NCBI GenBank assembly: GCA_905178155.1
Contig: CAJINV010000011.1
Span: forward strand, 72,154-136,153
Reading direction: 5' to 3'
DNA length: 64,000 bases
Source: Amoebophrya sp. A120
Taxonomy: Eukaryota > Protista > Dinoflagellata
Both the position numbers and the translations under genes were made by a program. The notes beneath the pieces were generated by a model that was given only the letters and a program-made list of their open reading frames with translations, was not told the DNA's origin and did not search any database. Below are positions 33,801-45,394 of the stretch, one piece after another (positions within the stretch are counted from its first letter, which is position 1; each line of letters begins with the position of its first letter).

Positions 33801-36800
33801 CTGCTTCTACGGCACCATCTACTGCCTGTTCCTCGGATAATGGTGGGGGTCCAACTGATCTACTACTTTTCAGTGTCTTGCCCTTCTTTGTTGGTCGTCT
33901 CTTGTTGTCACCAGAAGTAGAGATGAACTCGAAGCTGAGCAACATGTGCCGCTTTTCTACGCCGTCGTAAAAGACCCAGGGACCGTCATCTACCAGGCTT
34001 TCCACGTGTCTCCGCAAGGACCTGCGACTTTCCTGCGCAAAGAGTTCGAGGTCGTCTGGAGAGCAAGCAGCTGTGCCTGGAGGTCGGGGTGGTACTTGTC
34101 CTCCAACAGCAACAGGGGAGGAGCCCGAACTACATTCGCCGTGCGTCTGTTCCTGCACCACCGGCGGATAATGATCGAGTTTCTTATCACCCGTGAAAAT
34201 CTTTGCCTCCCTACAACAAGCACGTCGCGCGAGTCGCTGCTGCCGCTGGCGCCGTTTTTTGCGCAATTTCCGTCTGCGCTTCTTCTTTTTTTGCTGCTGC
34301 CGCTTTTTTCGCCGGTTCTTCGGACGCTTCTTTTTCCGCGGCAGCTTCGGTTTCTTCCAGTGCGGCCTAGTTCTTTTGTTCTTTCGTTTTGCGGACGTGA
34401 TGGGATGAAGCGACGCGGGCTCGTTTTGCGCAGAGGTTGGTCGAACCGGTACCGCAGAGGCGGTTACTTCTAGAGGCGGTCGTTCTCTGTCAACAGCACC
34501 TTCGCATCTCGCTGAAAAAATCTGACAGGTCCCCGCTTTAGAAGAACACGGATCTTGTTCGTGGCTCTCTCTGTTCGCTCCAGCAGAGGGATCATTCGGA
34601 AGTGGATCCTCCTTTCGAATTTTTGCGCGATTGCGCTCACACTCTTCTTCCTTGGCTCGTCTTTCGACTAAGGTGTTCTCCAACTTCTGCTTTAAACTGC
34701 GTACTTCCGTCGCAACCCTTTCTTTTTCCTGATCCATTGCGGAAATCCAGTTTTGGAAAAACTTGCTTAGTTGCAAGAACGTCTTCAACAGGGGCTGCAG
34801 CGCATTTGCGTCGCCGATCGCATGGTTGACGATCAGTAGCAGTCTGGCCGTCTGTCCGGGCACCGGTCGCGGATTTTGCGTACAGCCACTTGTTCCACCT
34901 GACGTGTTCTTTGTGCTGTCCACGAAACCCTGGTTATTATTGTTCGTCGACGCGGCAGCGTAGCCCCACGACTTGCCGCTCTGGCGGTTGTGATCCTGCT
35001 GCTTCGGATAGAAGAAGCTCTGCTTGATTAGGAAGGGCTTCCAGCTCTTCTCCCAGCGCTGCCGGATGGTATCGTTGTATTCCCTCGTAGTTCGGAACCA
35101 GGCGTTGTGATCAAACTGCGTTGGGTGGTAAGGCGTCCCTGAGCTTGTTCCCGAACATGATTCTCCGTCTGGAAGACCACCGGCAGTTCTTGGCGAGCAG
35201 GTGGAGGTCGCAGAATTGTTGGTGTCGACTTTTGCAGTTGATGCTCCCGAGGGTTTGTAGTTCTTTCCGCCACGGTGAACAGCGTCGTCCAGCAGTGGCC
35301 ATTCGCTACCCTTCGTCCGGGTGCGCGACACGACAAACGTGCTCGCTGCAAAGGCCTGTTTTGCGGCTTGTTTTGCGGCCGCTGCAGTCCTCGGCGAAGA
35401 AGGTGGTTCAACATCGGTTGTGTCTTGGACTTTTTTTGACACCTCAGGAGGATGTCGATCTACGCTGCCCGCCGTGCCTGCTGACGGATTCTGCTCTACT
35501 GATGTCGGCTTGTTCCGCGTGCAGCGTTCGGGTAGAAGTCCAACTTCTGATGTGGTTCTAGTTCGTGTGGTTTCGTAATTTCGGCTCGCATTTCTCAAGA
35601 ACTTAAAGAAGTGGCACTGCAGCTCCGGCCAGTAGTCAAACACCTGTTGTCCGAAGTCCGCAACGCCGATTTCCTGCAAAACCTTGTGCAGGCCCGAGGA
35701 GTCGACTTGCACCGCATGGCTCTTGTGCTCCTTCGCCGATTCCCCGAATGTGGACGAGTGCGGCTTCTTTTCGTTGGGCTGGAAATTTTCCGGCACCTGC
35801 GGCCGCAGCCCGGTCTGCTTCTTCAGGTCCACGAGCAGTTCGGGAAAGTAGTAGGGCAGCAAAAAGCACGAGGCGTAGAAAGCGTCTTCTGAAATCGGGT
35901 GCTGCAGCTCAAACTCCCACTTCACGGAGCCATTGAAATACCTCGGTGTGAAGTAGCCCTTCTTCCCTACAACGTGCCGCTGCAGGTGCTGGTACAGGTC
36001 CGGACTTCTACCGGTCGAAATAATGCGCACTGGCTTGTTCTTCGCTTCGTCGGGTGCTGCTGCACTGGAGGCGCTATGCTCCTGCTGCGCTCTTTTCCGA
36101 CCCAGTGTCAAATAGTGTTGCAGCTCTTCCAACAGAAACCCGAGCATATCGAAGGCAAATCTGCCAGTCTCTGTTGTTCCTTCGGGGAAACATGCAACAG
36201 GAAGCGGGGACATTGACTGCAGGTGTGCAGCATGATGTAAGTATAAGCTGATATGAGAAACCATAGCTGATCCTGATGGCGATGGCCGCATCACAAACAC
36301 AAAAAAATTACTTCTAGTAGATTCGTAATACGAAGGATGCAGTGCTTCAACTTGCTTTTACTCATGCCCGCATCACGAGAAGTCGAAGTTGTCGTAATCC
36401 TCATGATTTCCTTTACGCAGAGACCGCGGACAGTTTTGAGTACCGCTGATACGGTAATCGCAGCGAAGATTCCACTTCGAGGCTTCGACCGCGGAAGCAC
36501 GAGGAAAAGTACCTTTCAACCGCCAACGTCGGATGAAGCAGCGCAGATTTTTTGCGCAAAAAATTAAGCCTGTAGCACCTCGCTCGGGCGATATGCTTCG
36601 ATCCATATGGGCGACTTGTCGCTGGTCCTCTTCGGGCATCATGCCTCGTAGTAGGCTCGGAAAGTGCAGCAAGTCCGGCCAAATAGTGTGCCTGAATTCG
36701 CTTCCTCATTCTGGAACTGCTAGCCAGTTGCTGCGAGTAGTACTGCAAGAGCGCGCGTTCCAGCCACTTTTTCCGGGAGGGGAGTTTCACCGGCCGGGGA

Positions 36801-39800
36801 ACATGCCGGTCTGGCACTACGTCGGGCGACACGAGAAGACAGTCTGCCTCTTCGGACGAAGAATCGGATTCCTCACCATCACTACCTCCTCCAGCAGCGG
36901 CCGTTACTTGCTTGTCCAAGACAAAGTTTACCAGATCCTGGACGATTTTGAAATCTGTGCGTAGCTGGAGGAAACTGACTCGTGCGAAGTCTCCGAAGTG
37001 GTGCAGCAGATTGCTCTGCAAAGAGATCATGGCTGTCGAATCGATGCCGTTGAGCTCCATGTCGGCAGTCCACACTGCGCCACCTGTCATATGCATTGCA
37101 AATCATATCTGGGTCTGGAATAAACTTGTGATGCTGTTGAGTGAGCTTTTTTTCTGATTCTGGATGACAGAAAAATGAGGCTCCTTTTGGGAAACGTGCA
37201 TGAAAAACTTGAGACTCCTGCAACCCGAGCACGACACACCTCGCATTCTTCCCGGAGACCCCGACCCAACAACATATTTGCAGTTGATAAGTCACCCGTT
37301 GGAGCAATTCCAGTACTTTCGACTCCAACGCGCGGCTTCTCGTGCCTAAGGGGCAGGAACCGGTAACCACGACGCCACTTTGGTCCTTCTTGTCCGCCCC
37401 CGGAGTTGAATCTGACCCCTGCTTGGCGGCCCAGGACTGCCTGCCCCTTCGGTAGTACTCCCGCTCATCCTCCTTCAGGACGATGGACTCCAGTTCGGGA
37501 AAATGCAAATACGCGATGGCCTTGGGTGGCTCCGCCGGCTCGACGTAGTGGTAGCGCCATTTTGTCCACGGAGTGTAGTTGTTTTCAGCTGTTGTAGGTG
37601 AAGATGCCCTGTTTTTATTCCAGTCGCCGGCCTTGTTGGGAAATGACTGCCAGCCACTGGCACTACCCGCGTGCCCATCCTGCCTCTCGCTATAATTGGC
37701 CCAGCCCGAAGATGCCGACCACCGATTTTTGTCTTCGTGAGAAGTGTTTGTGACGGCTGCAGCTCCGTGGTTGACAGCTGTTTCGGAAGCTTTGGGCGTC
37801 GCAGCTAGCATGATTTGTTGTTGTTCCTGCTGGTTACCACCGTGGTCCGAGCGCCCACTGCGATCCATCCACGTATCGGACTTTCTGCTCCAACCGGACG
37901 ACACGTTGTGGTGTCCTTCTAGCGCGCCGTCTTTAATATTCCAACTGTTCCTGCTTGAAGCGCTTTTGTTCTGTGCAGAAGTGCAGGAGCCACCAGACTT
38001 CCAATTTTGCCAACCAGTAGTACTTTTGCCGTCCTGGTTGTAGTAGGTCCAGCGAGAGGCGTTGCTCTGTAGATGATCTCCGGAACGACGCCAGTCCTTC
38101 TGCCAGCTGGTCTTCTTCTGGTCGTAGTTCCAGCGGGAATTTTCCCAGCTCCAAGTTTTCTCGCTATGTTGGTTCCAGTCTGTGTAATAGCCGTTCATCC
38201 AGGTCGTCGTGTTTACCACCCAGGCGTCGCCGTAGAAATAATAATATTCCTCCTCCTCGTACTCCTCCAGTTCGAAGGTGGGCAAGGGTAAAAGCTCCCG
38301 TAGCTTTCCTATCGCGTCCTCGAGATACTGTCGTCGACCGGGCCTGCCTTCCCAGACGTTGGCTTCCAGCCACTCGCTGTCGGAGGAGAGTTGTGAAAAC
38401 ACGGTTTGTGGGAGTTTTCTTTGCCAGAAGTCCTCGAGGAAGTCCCGGTTATTTGAAGAACTGCACATGCAGTTGTTGTGCTCCTTTTGCAGCCTGTTCT
38501 CCGTCCACGCCACGTCATTTGCAACGCGGTCCACGCGGTCGTGCAAATGCCGATTTTCATAGCGTCGAAAACCCAGGCTGAAGAACGTCTCGAGCTGCTC
38601 GCAATGTCGGCCGTCTTGGTCTTGATCAAGATCCTTGGATTTCGAAAAGCTCGGCAGTGCAGCGACCAGCAGCTGACGGAAGTTCCCGAACATGCCGCGA
38701 AGCAAGCACCGTAGCAGACCGTACACCCCGCCGGGAAAATGCTCGAAGAAATCTTTCGTCGAGGCTTGCCGCACCTCGTTTAACCGCAACAACATGTCAA
38801 ACAGGATCCCTGCGTGATGGAGAAAGCGGTTTTTGTCGCAATCATTGTGCAGCTCCAGCAGTGGCGCAAGCTCGTATTCCACGCTGTCGACGATAAACTG
38901 GAAGTAGTGCTCGGCCTCCTGCACCTGCGAGTTGCAAAACGCTGTGTCCGGAAGCAGAGTTTGAACCAGCTCGTAGGTTGCTCCAAAGGTCGACGTTGTG
39001 GTTGCCGGCGTTTCCAGAGTGGCGTGCCTTGATGCTGTACACAAAAACTCCGATTCGGCCACCTGCCGGCAAAACGCAATCGCGGCGGGTGAGGGCACGC
39101 GGTACTGGGTCTTTTCAAAACTCGGCTGCATGGACGTTTCCAAATCGTCGCTACAGGACAGAAGCTGGGTGACCAGAGGCTCCATAACGATATTTTCATT
39201 ATCTGAGTGGTAGTAGCCGCGATCATAGAAGTCACCGTACTCTTTATAGTACCCATGATCGGGGCCTTGTGAACCAGCCTCTCCGCTGTGAAATTCGGTC
39301 GGCTGGTGCGATCGGCTTCCTTCGCCGGACCAATTCGCACTTTGGTCGCCGGTCCAGCAGCCGCTTCCAGTCTCGCACCTCCAGCGAGATGAATCTGATT
39401 TGCTCCATCGACATTTTTCGCCTCCGTGTGTGATTTCTTGGTTCCAAAAAACTCCGTATGTCACACCAGACTGGTGGGCCGAGCGATCGTTACGATCGCG
39501 ATGCTGACCTGGTTTTCGTGCAGCACTACCGCTGCCAAACTGCAACCAGTTCGTCGCGGAGGAGGCTGGGCCAAATTGCGACAGCTGCAGATCCTTTGTT
39601 TTGCCCATGCGCACATGATCCTCGACACCCTGCTCCACCGCCACTTCGTCTCGTCGCCGGGAAACAACGACAGCGTCGTCGAACATCAGGTTCCTCTCCA
39701 GTGGAAGCAGGATCCGTGCGTCATCAAAACTCCCATTGGAGGCACAGCACCCCCGTTGCCGGTTGTAAGCTACGTAGCTTTTGTAGGTAAACATGGGCAG

Positions 39801-42800
39801 CCACGTTTTTCTGTAAAACTGGATCGCCGCCTGGAGTGAGTGAAAAAATAGCATCCGACCCACGGCTTCGGGATTGATCCTGGTGAAAGTCGCTGCACCA
39901 GAACTACTACGCTGCGTCCCTCCACGTCGACATGAGTCCAGCCGAACGCCAGCGTACCGCCTGTTGTAGCCGGCCACGTTCATTCGCTTCCAGTACTTCC
40001 AGAGGAAGTAGAGTCGCGCGTAGTGAAAGACAACTCGGAACACGAGTGCAGATGTGGTGTAGTACGGCAAAACAAATCCGTCGCCCAGAGCTCGAAGATT
40101 CAGGTTCTGGGCCTCGCGGCTACGGACTTGCCGTCCCGCGGGTAGCTTCCTGGAGCTTCCACCGCCTATTGAAGTACCGCGGCTAGTACTGTAGGTCGCT
40201 TCTTCGACGACCCGCTGGAGGGAAACATCATTGCTAGTTGCAAGAGCTGAACGGGCCAGCGTCTGTGCGTTGCTTGACCCACGAACAAGACCTGTATCTA
40301 GATTTACGTGCTCGCCCCCCAGATACACACTGCAGACCTCGCGAAGCAGCCGTTTCCGATCCACTTTGCCCGTCACTGCGTGGCGGAAGAGCCTTCCGAC
40401 GAAATGCAGCTTCGTGCCCTTTGCGGGAATGAGCCGTCGGACCTTTTGCACCCGGTCCGCGGCCGCAGAGAGCTCCGCGTCGGAAGCCGACGTCGCTGGG
40501 TCTTCGCCGGGAAAAGGGAGGTGTCTTGTTTGTTCGGGGTTTTGTGTAGTACCTGCTGCTGTTGAGCAGTTGCTCTCCATCACGACGAAGAAGTGCCGAA
40601 TGCTGGTTTGCACATCCAGCACTGCGACCGCCTCATGTGCCAGACCCTCGATCTTGGTCACGATTTCCCGAATGTCCACCCATTTGCCGCCCACCTTCGC
40701 GTACTCGTCGAGGCGGCCGTGGTAGTGCAGCTCGTGCTGCCCGCAAGCTGTTCTGGTGACTTTCACCAGGTCGTTGGTGCGGAAATACTTGGCTTCTTCG
40801 CTGCAGGAGATCCGGTTTTTTTCTGTGCGGGCTTCTAGTTGCTCGTCGTCGGCACACGGTTGTGCGTGGAAAAACTGGGTTTGTGCCAAGTCTTCGCGAC
40901 CAAAGTACTCGCCCAACATTGGCCCGGCGATGCACAGTTCCCCAACCACGTTCCTCGAAGCGGCTTGCGTGGGTGTCAGTAGCTTGTGATTTGGCTTGTG
41001 ATGTTCTTGGGGTATCATCTTTTTCCTGGGGATTTTTATGCAGTGGGAAAAAACGCAAATTTCTGGTATCGTTCAACACTCTAGTACATGATAAAAACAG
41101 CGGACAATTATCATCGTGTTGTGTGCTTATGTTGCGGACGATATGAAAAGTCAATGGAAAGTTGGTTTGGCCAAAAGAGGTGGATATTGTTCGGCCAAAA
41201 GAGATTTTTATAATTCCCATCAAAACGCACGGAAAGCGTGAAAAAAATCGACATAGTATACGTACTTCATCTACTTTTCGAAAATGTTGACAGTCGCACA
41301 AGTGCTGGCTCAACGCGATGATTTGCATTTTCCACGATAAGAGATGAGGACGCGGTCGCGCTTTTATTCCGAGTGGAGGTTGGTCCTGTGCGGATGTTGG
41401 TTGCGCCGGTGCCCACCTGCTGTAGTTCATCCGCGCTTTCCTCTACTCCAGCTTGAAATTCCTCTGTTTTATCCTCCACCCGGGCGCCGTCATCTACAAC
41501 AGGGCGTATCAGGATGCTGCATTCGTCGGTCCACGAATAGCCAATGGGCTTATCATCTAACACCCCGGTCCACCTGTTGTCCTCGAAAGCCGTTGGCGCT
41601 GTGTCCGTTCTGTGAACGGCGTCCACGGCGCCGGCACTCATGGCGGATGTTGACGACACGATGTCCACATCTAGCACCTGAGTTGATGATGTAGTTTTGT
41701 CCCCCGAAAGACCAAGCTGCGCGGACCGGAATAAAGACGAGGTGTGCTCCTGTATAGTCGTAGTTGTGTAGTTTCTCGTCGAGCTGCCATTTCCTCCCAA
41801 CCTCCGGTACAGGCACAGCCAGTATTCCGTGGCAATGAGCAGTTCGAAGATCTGGATGTTTCGCTTCACGTAGCCGTTGGAAACGGCAGGTGACAAGGCC
41901 TCGCCCCATGTGAAAATGGTACTCACCGACTGCGCGAAGCAGGCTGTGCTCGCTGCTTTGCTCTCCGTGGTGGTTTCTGGTCGTGACGGGAGCACACCGA
42001 GCTCATTCTGGAGGCTATCCAATAGCAAAGTCCTCTCGAGTTGTACACAAAAGCAACACTGAGCCTGAGAATATCTATTTGTGTATTTTCACTGGAATAG
42101 TTATATTATGCCGGATGGAAAGGAGAATAAAAGAAGGAAACTGGGTGAAGGACCACTGTGCAGAGAAAGCCACGTTTAATGCATTCAATTCTGGCCTATA
42201 CAGAAAAAGTCTACTTCTATGAATCATTTTGCTGCTACAATCGACAACTCAAGTTTTTTTTCGACGATACAGGGCCTCGAGGATGCTGGGGACCGCACCG
42301 AACACGTTTATCCGGTGCTTGGCGATGGCCTGCTGCAAAAGCTGGGGGCGGGAGGCGCTCGTGGGGAACTCCGCGACCACGAGGCAGCCTTGCAGCGCGA
42401 ACGCGATGTCCCATTCGCCGATACAACTGGCGCCCCAGTACAGGGAAAAATAGTTCAAGCAGCGGATTTCAGCAGCAGCGGGGTTTTGGTCTGCCCCAAC
42501 TTGTTGTGCACCTTCGGCCCCACGAGTACCTCCGGATGTAGTTGCGCGCAGATCATCCTGCAACTGACCATGGCCGTACTGGCCACGGCTGGCGGAAGTG
42601 GCAACGGAATCTTGTTTCGTTCTCTGCAAACAAAAGTCGGTCGTACTGTCCTGCCGTCGGAAAAGCTGGGGATACCCGGGAACGATCAAAAAGAAAAGCA
42701 CGACGACGCCCATAGAAGTACCGAATGACTCAGTTGTACTATCATCATCACCATAATTGAGTAGACAATCGTTGCTCCTGCGATCAAGTAAATCTCAACT

Positions 42801-44124
42801 TGCACAAGATGTCCGGTCAATTTTACTGACATTCATCTAGTACATAATATCACGCATGAGCACAAATCTTACCTGAGTCTGGTATGTTGGAGAATTATTT
42901 GCTTTTCTTCACGATAATCAGCACTTCGTACTCGATCATTGCGAACGAAACCTGAACGCACTTTGCCGCCGACGTCGTGCCGCCCGTGAACTGGTAGAAC
43001 AGGGTGGCCTCGCTTGACAGCAACGGGAGCTGGTTCAAAGAGGTTCTGGTCTGCTTGGACGCGACTCGCACATCGGTTTCATTCGCGCGTACTGCAGCCT
43101 CTCGTCCTTGTTTCCGCGGCTCTGTTACTCCGTTTGAACCGTGGCCACGCACTAGGCCATTCCTCTTCGTTTCAAGGCTCTTACGACGATCCTGTCGATC
43201 TTTTCCTGAGTTGTCATTCGGTTTTGATGAAATCAAACCCAATTCCTGAACATGAAAAATCTGGACACCAGCTTGCAGCAGGCGCCGCCGCCAGGAAAAC
43301 GTCGCGGGTGTTGAGCTGCTATTCGTATTTCCGAAGTCCTCGGCGCCCGCTTGATGATCCTGCGATTTGTTTCCTAAATTGGAGTTGCCATTGTTCGCCG
43401 TAGTTCTGTCTTCGTGAAGTCCAGCGAGCTGGACGTCATCGGTGATCAACACCGAGATTTTCGGACACAGCGCGTTTGCTCGCGAGGATGTACTAGATGT
43501 TCCTCCGGTCGTCGCGCCTCCATTGCTCTTGGTTTGTTCCCCGCCGAGAAACAAACCTTCGACGGTAACTTGCAAATTCCGGTCCGCTTCGACCGCGTCC
43601 TGCATGTCGCGCGACAGGCAAACCACACCGCAGGTCCGCAACTTGATGATGCCCAAGAGCAGTGCGAAGAAATCGACCCCCCGGTGGAGGTGGAGGGCAA
43701 GGGTTGGCGGACGACAACCGCTAAAATCAGACCCGGCCGATTTGTGTTCTCCCGGAAATGAAATCGCAATTCCCGCGAGCGCGTCCGCAGCGCGCTCAGC
43801 TTGCAGGCGGAGCCCGCCGTAGGTGCACTCTCGCCCGGTCGCATCCTCGACGATGGCGCGCCTGGTGGGTTCGATGCTGCAGAGGTATTCCCAAAGAGGA
43901 TTGGGTTTCGGGTCGTGCTGGAAATCACATTTAATATTGGAGGCATCATTTTGATTTTTTTGTGCAGCTATCATTTGGTCGAGGTCATGGCCCTCTCTTA
44001 CGAGTTTTGCACGCCGGATTGCGCCAGCACCACATTCATTGTCCGCTATAGGTGCTGGTACTGTATGGATAGGAGGAGCACAACTACCATCAGGCCTACG
44101 GACGGACGAAAGACACGGTCCCAT
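30816..44124 (-). CDS. Giant NRPS-like enzyme: adenylation, carrier (T) and condensation-like domains with large insertions
   Basis: A-domain motifs in order: TYGGL, FTGGTTSAAKC (A3), TWGEAL, GELCIAGPMLGEYF (A6), YFRTNDL (A7), GRLDEYAKVGG (A8), TGKVDRKRL (A10). Carrier motif LNGIDSTAM at about 37030-37055. C-domain-like NHAIGD at about 34810-34828 and VPNRD at about 31700. Exon borders are approximate. Confidence 0.8.
37090..37289. mobile_element. Introner, family A, inside the NRPS carrier domain
   Basis: TATGCATTGCAAATCATATCTGGGTCTGG...ACATATTTGCAGTTGATA; direct repeat TGTCA/AGTCA; restores LLQRVT|GGAV. Confidence 0.88.
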
Positions 44125-45394
44125 GTACGCCTAAATTCACGTGGGATTAGTCGAGCATTGTGGAATGAAAACAAAATGAACCACTTTTATGAAAATCTTT
44201 GAGCCGATGTTCGGCATCTTTCGCTGCGGGGAAATAGGACCACTGCGGGTCTTAGCAGAAGCAACATAAAGGAGAGCAACTTGTTCGCAATCGGATCGAA
44301 AAGTACAAAGCAAATTTCCCAACGCTGACGCCATTAGGAAAAAAGGGAACAAAAGAACTTCGCGCTGCCTTTATTCACACAGTGCAACTGTACCAGGATC
44401 ACCATTGTCTTATTTCAATTGCTGAATTTTGTGATCTCGAAGTAGAGGTGAAGTCTTGCGTTTGCGCTGCGGGTTTCCCGACTCCCATTGCTTTTGCTAG
44501 TACGTTGTACTTGGCCTCCAATAGAAATATACATTTATTAGTTCTTGTTCCGCAGAAACTCTGGACTTGCGTTTTCTAAATAGAGTTCTTGAAACTGAAC
44601 ACAAGTTTTGTTTTTCGATTGTCACCACAGTACGCTCGTACTCCAGCACATTCAGAAGGCCGCCAAGCTCTACATTCTGACCGGTCAGGATTCCTCTTAT
44701 AGCTTTTCTTCCGATGACCACACCCTTTCGCAAGCCTTCGGACGGACTTTGCGCATCCAGGCCTGTGTAACAGACTGGCACAACCATGACACCCGGCGCT
44801 ACACCAAGGAAAACGCTTTCCGGTTGTAAAGGTGCCGGTTAATGGCGGCCGTTTCAATGGGCGGTGTGGTCTATCTAGATTTTGGTAGAATTCGAAGTTC
44901 AAGTACTTCAGCATCCTTATCCACACGAAACAACATCTAAAGGGTTTGTATCGACACGCGGGGTCCCGAACTCGAAAAAATACGGTGGTTGCTCGATGGG
45001 GGGCACTAGCTGCGAGTACGAGTTTCGTTTCGATTTATATCATAAAAGTTAGTTTCGGCGACATCATTCAGATATTCTTGGAGCACGAGCACGCTGACAA
45101 TGCTATGCTTGCTGTCTATTTTGTTGCGTACTATACGACGCACTGCACTAGCCATCAGAATGGCCATTTCTCGGCCTAAGCCAACGTTTCGTTTTCCAGC
45201 AGGAATACCCCGACTGCAGATGATGTACTGTGTACGAATATATTTTTGAACCGGTTGCTTTACTAGTTTCACATACAGATTCGAACCCAAATCATTTGTG
45301 ATGGCCCGCCTCCTCTTCTGCAGCTGGCGAGCGTTCCATGTTCACTTAGCGACGTTCCGTTTCTGGTGCACTTGAGATGGGAAATCGGTGCCAT

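Noticed and set aside
44200-45300. Minus-strand ORFs of 70-116 aa between the NRPS-like gene and the paralogue pair
   Set aside because: No domain evidence and no defensible splicing model.
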